A stretch of DNA of 53,102 bases, taken from IMG/VR virus record IMGVR_UViG_3300044837_000127, positions 1 through 53,102 of that record; one strand, written 5' to 3'. The notes below the pieces were generated by a model. The model did not search any database and was not told where the DNA came from. It saw only the letters and a list, made by a program, of their open reading frames with translations. This DNA is from a virus. Its lineage: Duplodnaviria > Caudoviricetes. Made by a program: the position numbers and the translations under genes. Below, in pieces: positions 28,351-36,499 of the stretch; position 1 is the stretch's first letter; each line of letters begins with the position of its first letter.

Positions 28351-28584
28351 TCAGCTCGCCTTCCGAATGCGATAAGCAACGATATCATCGGACGGTTTGG
28401 TCCGGCGATGCTTCCAGATCCATTGTTCCGGCGCGTCATCCGATGCGGTTGAACCGTCCCGGAATTTCACCTGATGGAGCGTGCCGGCAGCGAGCGGGGA
28501 CTTTTTGCTGCGGCCGTCCCAATCGATCCATGGCCCCCATTTATAGGTGACGCGGATATCGTCTATGATGGTACGGGCCATCAC
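28351..28584 (-). CDS. Hypothetical protein
   Basis: WIDWDG..P...VKFRDG..W.W....DIVAYR phage motif. Confidence 0.6.
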   Translation of the reverse strand: MMARTIIDDIRVTYKWGPWIDWDGRSKKSPLAAGTLHQVKFRDGSTASDDAPEQWIWKHRRTKPSDDIVAYRIRKAS

Positions 28585-28853
28585 GCCATCCCCAGCGCGG
28601 CTTTATAGGTGTCCAGCAGTGCTTCGGCTTGCTGGCGATCGTGCGTTTCCATCCGCCTCAGCCGGACGATGATACGCATCGTTTTGGCGTCATAGCCGCG
28701 CGCCTTGGCTTCGCCATAGACGTCGCGAACGTCCGCGCCGATGCTGGCGCGCTCTTCCTCCAGCCGTTCCACCCGCTCGATCAGCAGGCGCAATTCATCA
28801 GCGGCGATAGAGCCGTCCGGGCTTTTGTTATGGGTCGGTGCGTCAGGCATCAT
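28581..28853 (-). CDS. gapR: GapR/DUF2312 nucleoid-associated protein homolog
   Basis: ELRLLIERVERLEEE...DVYGEAKARGYDAKTMR.IVRLR...E.LLDTYKAALGM. Confidence 0.9.
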   Translation of the reverse strand: MMPDAPTHNKSPDGSIAADELRLLIERVERLEEERASIGADVRDVYGEAKARGYDAKTMRIIVRLRRMETHDRQQAEALLDTYKAALGMA

Positions 28854-29080
28854 TCTTTCCCCAGCACTTCCTCTAGTTTCCGGCCGTACCAATTGGCTTT
28901 GGCCGCTTCCTGGGCGGGGGTATCCTTAAGGCCCAGCCGCCACTGATATTTGATGATCTGCCCCCGAAGAAAGCCGATAAATTGTTCCCGGCCCAGCGCC
29001 GCTTCGATCCCGTCGATACATTCGATCGCGCCGTTATTGTAATGCGGCGGGTGATCGACGGCGCTGGGCTTTCGGGCCAT
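28850..29080 (-). CDS. DUF3310 (SaV-like) protein
   Basis: VDHPPHY..G.IECID...FLRG.IIKY.WR..K. Confidence 0.85.
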   Translation of the reverse strand: MARKPSAVDHPPHYNNGAIECIDGIEAALGREQFIGFLRGQIIKYQWRLGLKDTPAQEAAKANWYGRKLEEVLGKE

Positions 29081-29082
29081 TG

Positions 29083-29886
29083 TCAGGCGGCCGGCGCTTC
29101 CGCGATCTTCGCTTCCATGGTGTCAGCGAACAATCGCAGCGTGGTGGCCGGGGCCTTGGCGAGCGAAGCGAATTTCTCCAGCCCCATCGCCACGGCCATG
29201 GCGTTCAGAGTGTCATAGTCCAGACCCCCTTCGTTCGCGCGGGACAGGACGGCCGGATAGATCAGCTCGCCAGCAGCCGGCGCGGCGGGAGGCGGCGGGG
29301 TCGCATCGGCGGCTGGGGGCGAGGGCACGTCCGCAGCGGGCGGCGCCGGGGCGTCAGACGCACCGCCGGCACCGGCCGCCCCAAACGCCGTGGCTGCATC
29401 GGCGGCGGTCGCGGCCGGTGCCGGCTCCGAAGGGGGCGGCGGGGCATCGGCGGCCGGGGGCTGTTGGGCTGCGGCCTTCAGCTCCGCGGTGACGCTGGCG
29501 ACCAGCGCCGGATCCGCGCCGCGCTTGGTGCGCCACGATTGGTCCGCATTCTTGACCTTGGTGCCGGCGTGGATCCGGGCGTCCCACGGAATGCCATTGG
29601 CGTCGAGCTCGCCCGTGGCCGCGGCGCCGGCCGCGCGATTGGCTTCCGACTGGATTAGCGCTTCGCTGGTCGGGGGATCTGTGACGGGAGGGTCGGAAGC
29701 CGGCGGTGCGGCATCGGCGGCCGGAGGCGGGGGTGCGGCGGGTGCCGGAGTGGGCGCTGGCTCGACATGCGAGCGCTCTTCGGGAATTCGGATGGTCGCA
29801 TCGCCGCGTAACACCGCGATAAGCGCGGCAATCGCCATCAATTCCGTCTCGTTGGTTTCGCTACTTACGGTAATTTGGATCGTCAC
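29083..29886 (-). CDS. Pro/Ala-rich conserved phage protein
   Basis: ELDANGIPWDARIH...W..KRG core. Confidence 0.7.
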   Translation of the reverse strand: MTIQITVSSETNETELMAIAALIAVLRGDATIRIPEERSHVEPAPTPAPAAPPPPAADAAPPASDPPVTDPPTSEALIQSEANRAAGAAATGELDANGIPWDARIHAGTKVKNADQSWRTKRGADPALVASVTAELKAAAQQPPAADAPPPPSEPAPAATAADAATAFGAAGAGGASDAPAPPAADVPSPPAADATPPPPAAPAAGELIYPAVLSRANEGGLDYDTLNAMAVAMGLEKFASLAKAPATTLRLFADTMEAKIAEAPAA

Positions 29887-29929
29887 GGTTTTTCTCCCGA
29901 TTGCTGTTGCGACTCGGAATAACGAGCAT

Positions 29930-29943
29930 TGACGGGGCGGTCA
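29930..29943. promoter_or_regulatory. TGAC-N6-GTCA palindrome at divergent replication promoters
   Basis: ATTGACGGGGCGGTCAAT gives a TTGAC -35 on both strands. Confidence 0.75.
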
Positions 29944-29962
29944 ATACGGTTATTTTGACGGC

Positions 29963-30226
29963 ATGATTCAAGATTATCCGGACGAATGGATTGATGACGC
30001 GATTGTTCGCGCTGCATCGTCCACCTTCGATGTAATTCCGCGCGCACGGCTCATTAAATGCCGCGAAAAAATGATCGCGATCAGAGAAACCGCCCGCAAA
30101 GAAGTGGTCCGAATCGCCCCCGGCATCCGCCCGTCCGAAGACGAGGATATCCAGACGGCTCTATATTTACGGGCTGGCGATATTCTCGGAACGAATCGCA
30201 AAAGCGGATGGATGCCCAAGGCGTGA
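29963..30226 (+). CDS. Hypothetical protein
   Basis: First gene after a divergent promoter; coupled to the helicase. Confidence 0.55.
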   Translation: MIQDYPDEWIDDAIVRAASSTFDVIPRARLIKCREKMIAIRETARKEVVRIAPGIRPSEDEDIQTALYLRAGDILGTNRKSGWMPKA

Positions 30227-31872
30227 CCATCACCCTTCGTCCCTACCAAGATCAGATGGTCCAAACGGTCCGTCAGGCATGGGCCGATGGCGCCCAGAAT
30301 GTGCTGATGCGGGCCGATACTGGCGCCGGTAAAACGGCCATTCTAGGGTATATCCATAATGAGCATTCGGGCGCTTCGGCCATCATAGCGCACCGCCAGG
30401 AATTAGTCGGACAGCTCAGCTTAACCCTCGCACGCTATGGACTCCGTCACGATCTAATCGCTGCGGACGCCACCAAGCGCGCTATCGCTCGCGCCCATGT
30501 GGAAGAATTCGGCCAGTGCTATTTCACCCCCGGCGCCCGCGCCAAGGTGGTCAGCATTGACACCCTCATAAGAGCGGACGGGCTGGACTCCTGGGCGGCC
30601 CAGGTCACGCTGTGGACCAATGACGAAGGGCACCATCTGGTCCGGGATAACAAGTGGTGCAAGGGCGTTTCGCTCTTCACCCATCCTGAATGCCGGGGCC
30701 TGTTACCGACGGCCACCCCGAAGCGGGCGGACGGCAAGGGCCTGGGGCGCCACGCGGACGGTTATGCCGATGTGATGGTGGAAGGGCCGCCCATGCGGTG
30801 GCTGATCGAAAATGGCTATCTAACGGATTACAAGATCGTCTGCCCACCAACCGATATTCGCCAATTCCTGGAGGAAGAGACGCCAGGCGCCAGCGGCGAC
30901 TGGTCGCCCAAACAGCTCCGGAAGGCGGCCCAGCGCTCGCATATCATCGGGGATGCGGTCCAGCATTATTGCCGATGGGCGCATGGCAAGCGCACCATCG
31001 CCTTTTGCACCGACGTGGACACCGCGGTGGAGACGGCCGCCCGCTTCAACGCCGCGGGCATTCCGGCCGCTACGCTTACGGGCAAAACGGACGATCGGTT
31101 GCGGCGCCACATCATCAAGCAATTGGAGCGGGGCGAAATCTGGGTGCTTTGCGCCGTCGATATCATTTCCGAAGGCTTCGATCTGCCCGCCGTGGAATGT
31201 ATCATCATGGCCCGGCCAACCGAGTCGCTGGCCCTCTTTATGCAACAATTCGGCCGCGCACTTCGAATCATGGCCGGCAAGCAATGGGCCATCATCATCG
31301 ATATGGTCGGCAACGTGGTACGGCTGGGCGGCCCCCCGGACCGGCCGCGCGTCTGGTCGCTGGACCGGCGGGACAAACGATCGGCCGCCAAGGAAGGAAT
31401 CCCCTATCGGATATGTGTCGAATGTTTCCAGCCGTATGAGCGATATTACCGGGAATGCCCATTTTGCGGCCACTATCCGGAGCCGGAGGGCCGATCGCAA
31501 CCCAATCAAGTAGATGGTGACCTGGAAGAGCTGGATGCGGCCACGCTCGCGCGGCTCCGAGGCGAAGTCGCCGCAGTCGATATGTCCGAATGGGACTATG
31601 CGCACCAGCTCAACCTAAAGCACGCCCGGCCCGAATGGATAACCACCCATTGCCGCCGGCACCGCGAGCAACAGGCGGCCCAGGCGGAGCTCCGCGCCAC
31701 CATGGACCGCTGGGCTGGCCCTCGGCATTATCACGCGGGGCGAACCGATTCGCAGATCCAGCGGGAATTTTATCTGACTTTCGGTCTGTCCATCTTGGAG
31801 GCGATGGCGCTGGGGACGGCTGATGCTTTGGCGTTAACCGCGAGGGTTGACGAGGCGGTCAGTGGTGGATAA
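30223..31872 (+). CDS. SF2 DExH helicase
   Basis: LRPYQ, TGAGKT, DEGHH, TATP, EGFDLP, QQFGRALR, C-terminal Zn finger. Confidence 0.92.
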   Translation: MTITLRPYQDQMVQTVRQAWADGAQNVLMRADTGAGKTAILGYIHNEHSGASAIIAHRQELVGQLSLTLARYGLRHDLIAADATKRAIARAHVEEFGQCYFTPGARAKVVSIDTLIRADGLDSWAAQVTLWTNDEGHHLVRDNKWCKGVSLFTHPECRGLLPTATPKRADGKGLGRHADGYADVMVEGPPMRWLIENGYLTDYKIVCPPTDIRQFLEEETPGASGDWSPKQLRKAAQRSHIIGDAVQHYCRWAHGKRTIAFCTDVDTAVETAARFNAAGIPAATLTGKTDDRLRRHIIKQLERGEIWVLCAVDIISEGFDLPAVECIIMARPTESLALFMQQFGRALRIMAGKQWAIIIDMVGNVVRLGGPPDRPRVWSLDRRDKRSAAKEGIPYRICVECFQPYERYYRECPFCGHYPEPEGRSQPNQVDGDLEELDAATLARLRGEVAAVDMSEWDYAHQLNLKHARPEWITTHCRRHREQQAAQAELRATMDRWAGPRHYHAGRTDSQIQREFYLTFGLSILEAMALGTADALALTARVDEAVSGG

Positions 31873-32693
31873 TGTCGTTACGAATCGAACGAAAGGATGG
31901 GCCGATGCTTGCATTTCACAATGACCCGGCGATTAAAGCAAAATATCTGGCCCGCGTAGAAGAGCACCAGAAAGCTGACCAGATCGTCAAAGGGCTTTAT
32001 TGGGAGGGCGGGCGCGGATGCGCGGTCGGTTGTACCCTCCACAGCTCGAATCACGCGGCATACGAAACGGAAATGGGCATCCCTGAAATGCTGGCCCGGC
32101 TGGAAGATGGGATTTTTGAAGGTTTGCCGATGGCCTCCGCCAAGCTCTTCCCGCACCGATTCCTTTCGGCCATTCCCGTCGGTGCCGATCTTTCGCTTGT
32201 CGGCTGGAAATTTCTTTCGTGGTCTGTTGAATTGACGCTGAAGCGCCACGGGACTCGCTCCGTTCGTGACGGATGTAAGCCAGCAATTCAATTATTGCGC
32301 GATATGGCCGGAGGGAAACAAATCACGGAGTCGGCGGCGGCGTGGGCGGCGGAGTCGGCGGAGTCGGCGGCGCGGGCGGCGGCGGCGGAGTCGGCGCGGG
32401 CGGCGGCGTGGGCGGCGGAGTCGGCGCGGGCGGCGGCGTGGGCGGCGTGGGCGGCGGCGTGGGCGGCGTGGGCGGCGGAGTCGGCGGAGTCGGCGGCGGC
32501 GTGGGCGGCGGAGTCGGCGGAGTCGGCGGCGCGGGCGGCGGCGGAGTCGGCGCGGGCGGCGGCGGCGTGGGCGGCGGCGTGGGCGGCGGAGTCGGCGCGG
32601 GCGGCGGCGGCGTGGGCGGCGGCGCGTGATGAACAGGCAAAAAAAGTATTGGAATTATTGGCCGCTGCGCCGGTGCCGGCCAATGTCGTCTGA
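31872..32693 (+). CDS. Hypothetical protein with Ala/Trp/Glu/Ser repeat tract
   Basis: GCAVGCT N-terminal domain; AAWAAESAESAA repeats. Confidence 0.7.
   Translation: MSLRIERKDGPMLAFHNDPAIKAKYLARVEEHQKADQIVKGLYWEGGRGCAVGCTLHSSNHAAYETEMGIPEMLARLEDGIFEGLPMASAKLFPHRFLSAIPVGADLSLVGWKFLSWSVELTLKRHGTRSVRDGCKPAIQLLRDMAGGKQITESAAAWAAESAESAARAAAAESARAAAWAAESARAAAWAAWAAAWAAWAAESAESAAAWAAESAESAARAAAESARAAAAWAAAWAAESARAAAAWAAARDEQAKKVLELLAAAPVPANVV
32326..32625 (+). repeat. Degenerate tandem repeat of gcg units with gagtcg/tgg/cgg variants
   Basis: About 300 bp built from gcggcggagtcg, gcgtgggcg and gcgcgggcg units. Confidence 0.9.
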
Positions 32694-33090
32694 AACCGAA
32701 GTCCAAGCGACTGTCCGATTGGAATATGCGAGACGTGGCTATCGGCTTTGGAGAAACAATTCCGGGGTCATGATCGACCGGACGGGACGCCCCGTACGAT
32801 ATGGGCTGGCTAATGATAGCGCCCAACTTAATCGTCGGTTAAAGAGTTCCGATCTAATCGGCTGGCACCCGGTAACCCTAACTTCCGAAATGGTCGGCCA
32901 AACCGTAGCTATATTTACGGCACTGGAATGCAAGCCATCCGATTGGCACCCGTCGACAAAATACGGGCCCGAAGATATCGCCTTGGCCACCACCCCCGAA
33001 TCGGTCCGACGCGAGCTCGCGCAACAGGCGTGGCTGGATCTGGTCCTTGCCGACGGTGGCGAAGCGCGCTTTATGACGGGGGTGGACTGA
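32683..33090 (+). CDS. VRR-NUC nuclease
   Basis: LWRNNSG...VRYGL..SSDLIG...ALECK...Q..WL..V...GG.A. Confidence 0.85.
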   Translation: MSSETEVQATVRLEYARRGYRLWRNNSGVMIDRTGRPVRYGLANDSAQLNRRLKSSDLIGWHPVTLTSEMVGQTVAIFTALECKPSDWHPSTKYGPEDIALATTPESVRRELAQQAWLDLVLADGGEARFMTGVD

Positions 33091-33500
33091 TGCCGGAATG
33101 GACCGTCCTGCCCGGCGATTGCCGCCAGACGATGCGCCTTTGCTTGGCGCCCGACTCGGTGGATAGCATCGTGACGGATCCACCATATGATCTGTTGTCG
33201 ATTCACGAACGCTTCCGTAATTCCGTCCGAACCGAAAGCACCCGATCGTCCAGCGGGCCGCATCAACGCACGGCGCGGGGCTTTATGGGTCAGACCTGGG
33301 ACGGCTCCGGCGTGGCGTTCGATCCGGACACATGGCGCGAAGCGTACCGGGTGCTCAAGCCGGGCGGCCATCTGATCGCTTTTGGCGGCTCGCGGACCTA
33401 TCATCGGCTGGCGTGCGCCATAGAGGATGCCGGCTTTGAAATCCGCGATCAGATTATGTGGCTTTATGGGTCGGGGTTTCCCAAGTCGCATAATGTTGGA
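33090..33500 (+). pseudogene. N6/N4 DNA methyltransferase 1, N-terminal fragment, interrupted by IS
   Basis: GDC, IVTDPPY, FMGQTWD, RVLKPGG, AIEDAGFEIRDQIMWLYGSGFPKS. Confidence 0.88.
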
Positions 33501-33547
33501 GGCGTTTATCCCCTTGACCCACCCTCCGAAACGTTCTAAGAGAGGGA

Positions 33548-34447
33548 ATGACCAATCGCAGCCCCTCCGCATCGCCCGCTTTTCCGGTCCGCCAGTTCTT
33601 TGAACGCTTCCCGAATGAACACGCCTGCCTAGAGCATATCATGGCGGTGCGCTTCGGCGGGACCGTTCTCGACTGCCCGTCTTGCGGTGTCCCCGACGTT
33701 CAATTCCACAAGCTGCGCGAGAGGCGTGTTTATGCCTGCCCGCATTGCCGGTTTCAGATTGCCCCCACCGCCAACACCATCCTGCACGATACCCGGACCC
33801 CGCTCGTCTCCTGGTTCTATGCGATGTATCTTTTCTGCACGACGCGCCACGGGGTGAGCGGCAAGGAGCTACAGCGCCAGCTCGGCGTGACCTATAAGAC
33901 CGCGTGGCGCATGGGTCAGCAAATCCGGGATCTGACTACGCTGGCGGACGTAAGCGCGCTGTTGAGCGGCCATATCGAAGCTGACGAAGCCTATGTCGGC
34001 GGGCGCCGGCCGGGCAAGCGGGGCCGCGGCGCTGCCGGTAAAACTGTAGTGTTCGGCATGGCAGAACGGGGCGGTCCGATCAAAACGGCCATTGTCCCAG
34101 ATGCCAAGCGCGCCAGCCTTCGCGAGGCGTTGCTGACGCGGGTCGAGCCGGGCTCGATCGTCTCGACCGACGAATGGATGAGCTACGGTTTATTGACTGG
34201 CGACGGCTACCGGCACGGCCACGTCAAGCACGCGGCAAAGGAATGGTCGCGGACCGACCCGGACGGCGTTCGGCATTCAACCAACCATGTTGAGTCGTTC
34301 TGGCTGATGTTCAAAAATTCGATCCGCTCGACGCACATTCATATCAGCCAAAAGCACATGGCCCGTTACCTGTCGGAATTCACTTTCCGCGCGAACCATC
34401 GCGAGCGGGAGAATGCGATGTTCGATGTGCTGGTTGGGGCGCTTTGA
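33548..34447 (+). CDS. IS1595-family (ISXO2-like) transposase
   Basis: Zn ribbon CPSC/CPHC, GVSGKELQRQLGVTYKTAWRM, EADEAY, STDE, TNHVESFW, YLSEF.FR.N. Confidence 0.93.
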   Translation: MTNRSPSASPAFPVRQFFERFPNEHACLEHIMAVRFGGTVLDCPSCGVPDVQFHKLRERRVYACPHCRFQIAPTANTILHDTRTPLVSWFYAMYLFCTTRHGVSGKELQRQLGVTYKTAWRMGQQIRDLTTLADVSALLSGHIEADEAYVGGRRPGKRGRGAAGKTVVFGMAERGGPIKTAIVPDAKRASLREALLTRVEPGSIVSTDEWMSYGLLTGDGYRHGHVKHAAKEWSRTDPDGVRHSTNHVESFWLMFKNSIRSTHIHISQKHMARYLSEFTFRANHRERENAMFDVLVGAL

Positions 34448-34574
34448 CCAGTCGGTCTAATCGAGCGTCAAACTCGGCAGGATCGACTGGACCGATGGCC
34501 TCACCCTCAGCCTGACGGATGAACGATTCGAGATCGTCGGTTGCGAGTGCGCGCGATAAGGTCAGGCGAGTCAC
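34380..34574 (-). CDS. Small IS passenger ORF convergent with and overlapping the transposase 3' end
   Basis: GTG at 34574; LESFIRQAE...FDARLDRLVK. Confidence 0.5.
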   Translation of the reverse strand: MTRLTLSRALATDDLESFIRQAEGEAIGPVDPAEFDARLDRLVKAPQPAHRTSHSPARDGSRGK

Positions 34575-34605
34575 CGCACCCGTATAGACTAACTCATTTG
34601 GTTTT

Positions 34606-34750
34606 GATAGAAGGGGGCCGGACGTGATGCCCGGCCCCTGCCGGTTCAACCGGCTAGGGTCTTAACAAGGCCATCATGGCCCCACCTCCTTTCTCCCGTG
34701 ATGGGAAGGGAGTTGATAATCGGCCCACCGGGTGCAACCGGTGGGCCGCA
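34606..34750 (-). ncRNA. Candidate structured RNA/leader inside the IS
   Basis: Five consecutive hairpins, a strong SD and a 7-codon ORF. Confidence 0.45.
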
Positions 34751-34812
34751 TTGTTTTACCGCAACAACCCGTAATGAATCAAGGCTAAGTCTTTGATATC
34801 ATTATCCGCCGT

Positions 34813-34826
34813 TGACCGAGCGGTCA
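34813..34826. promoter_or_regulatory. TGAC-N6-GTCA palindrome inside the IS
   Basis: TGACCGAGCGGTCA. Confidence 0.55.
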
Positions 34827-35041
34827 GTCTGTAGTTTCTCCTAAGATTCCATTATGATGCTCGCCATCCATCCGGTCTTGGTACACCGGGCGGTCGCGCT
34901 TTTGCGCCGAGACTCCAGTCGCCTATGTCGGGCGGCCTACGGAATAAAACACCCTCACGGGGAATACGTGGGGCGTGCTCTCCTAGGAGTCTCGCACGTA
35001 CCAACCACCCGGCGCCAGCCGGGAAGGGCTGGAGGCGAGCG

Positions 35042-35545
35042 ATGCGAAACGGGACGATCCTGGGGCTGGCAGTAATCGTCGGCGTCGGAACGATGGTGGC
35101 GCTGCGTTCGAACCCTCCCGCCGCTCGATCCGCACCGGCCATTGTCACGCCTTCGCCAGCCGAAGAAGCGCCGGTGTTGCCGCCCGCAACCGCCTCCGGC
35201 GACCCACTTTCCGACAACCCCCGCATAGCTGCGTATCAACAGGTAGCAGCCTCTATCGACCGGAAAATTGCCGTCGCTAATGTAGTGGCCGATTGCGGCA
35301 TTCGGGACATGGACTGGTACAACAGCGTGACCAGACGGCTTGAGGATTATCGGAACGGTCCGGCTGTCGCGCCGCTTATGATGGTGATGAACAGCGCGGA
35401 GCTGCGTGAGGCCCAAGGCTTCGATATGCAAATCACCCGTCAGCACGAACAATGGTTGAGGCCGAATGGTCGGTCGGATTGCGCCCGGATCGCCCGGGAG
35501 CCCTTTCCGTACAATGACGCCGCGTACGATCCGGTAGCCGATTAG
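35042..35545 (+). CDS. IS passenger: membrane-anchored or exported protein
   Basis: SD ggagg; N-terminal hydrophobic helix, Pro-rich linker, two Cys. Confidence 0.65.
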   Translation: MRNGTILGLAVIVGVGTMVALRSNPPAARSAPAIVTPSPAEEAPVLPPATASGDPLSDNPRIAAYQQVAASIDRKIAVANVVADCGIRDMDWYNSVTRRLEDYRNGPAVAPLMMVMNSAELREAQGFDMQITRQHEQWLRPNGRSDCARIAREPFPYNDAAYDPVAD

Positions 35546-35581
35546 GTTCGTTTTTACGGGTGGGTCAAGGGGATAAACGCC

Positions 35582-35893
35582 ATGCGCTATTTGTGTCGGC
35601 TCGTCACTCCGCCGGGCGGGACGGTGCTGGACCCGTTTGCCGGCTCTGGCAGCACGGGCAAAGCGGCGATACTGGAGGGATTTTCGTTCATCGGCTGCGA
35701 AATGACCCCGGAGTATATCCCGATTGCCGAAGCCCGGCTGGCCCATGCGCTCGCCAAGTATCTGGCCGCCCAGTCGTGCCGGCGGTGCGACAATACCGGG
35801 GACATTCATCGCGCTGATGGTGCCTACGTGGGGCCATGTGATTGCGGCGCGCCGAGTCTATTGACCGACCCGTCACCATTGGCTACCCCATGA
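35582..35893 (+). pseudogene. DNA methyltransferase 1, C-terminal fragment
   Basis: MRYLCRLVTPPGGTVLDPFAGSGSTG SAM-binding motif starts right after the right TIR. Confidence 0.88.
35862..35875. promoter_or_regulatory. TGAC-N6-GTCA palindrome upstream of the HTH gene
   Basis: TGACCGACCCGTCA; TTGACC-N17-TACCCC. Confidence 0.65.
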
Positions 35894-36426
35894 CCATGGA
35901 CTCTCTGGACCCCTTCACCGCCGAACCGTCCGACCGCGCCTTGTCGGTGCTGGAGGCGGCAACCGCCGAAGCGCGAAGGGTCGGACTCGCCTTTATCACG
36001 CGGGACGGAGTGGCCGCGCGGGCCGGCGTTCCGGCGGGATCCATGTGTCTCTTCGGGTCCATGACCGATATCAAACAAAAGGTGGCCCAGATGGACCCCA
36101 GCCTACAGACCGACCAGCTCAACCGATACGATGCCGCCCGCGGTGAAACCGACCAGCGAATCATGGACGCGGCGCTGACGCTCGCGGTGACCGGCCGCTA
36201 TGATCGAATCACCCGCCGCCAGATTGCCAATGCCGCGGGCGTAAGCCCCGCGCGGGTCAGCCTGCTGGCCGGCGATATGGACGGGATGCGCGATGCGATT
36301 ATGCGGGCCGCGGTGACCGCCGGTAATGCCATCGTGGTCGCCCAGGGACTTGCCGATCGGCACCCGGCGGCGCTGGCCGTATCCGACGAATTGAAACAAG
36401 CTGCACTTGCGGCTCTGTCCGACTAG
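35890..36426 (+). CDS. Tandem TetR-like HTH DNA-binding protein
   Basis: ITRDGVAARAGVPAG and ITRRQIANAAGVSPA. Confidence 0.65.
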   Translation: MTMDSLDPFTAEPSDRALSVLEAATAEARRVGLAFITRDGVAARAGVPAGSMCLFGSMTDIKQKVAQMDPSLQTDQLNRYDAARGETDQRIMDAALTLAVTGRYDRITRRQIANAAGVSPARVSLLAGDMDGMRDAIMRAAVTAGNAIVVAQGLADRHPAALAVSDELKQAALAALSD

Positions 36427-36441
36427 CAGCTAAACCGATAA

Positions 36442-36475
36442 CGGCCCGCCCGTCGGGGGCGTGACGGGCGGGCCG
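36442..36475. terminator. GC-rich hairpin
   Basis: cggcccgcccgtc / gacgggcgggccg 13-bp stem; no U-tract. Confidence 0.45.
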
Positions 36476-36499
36476 GAACATTAACCACGCGGGGCCGCG

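Larger units (their letters stand above)
33501..35581 (+). mobile_element. IS1595-family element with cargo (2081 bp)
   Basis: Perfect 24-bp TIRs GGCGTTTATCCCCTTGACCCACCC at 33501-33524 and 35558-35581; no TSD visible. Confidence 0.92.

Noticed and set aside
32266-32826. Arg-rich, Pro-rich and Gly-rich ORFs over the repeat
   Set aside because: Alternative-frame readings of the gcg repeat; only the VRR-NUC part from 32683 appears real.
34606-34790. Bridge- or guide-RNA targeting of the MTase by the IS
   Set aside because: No convincing complementarity to either insertion flank found by eye.
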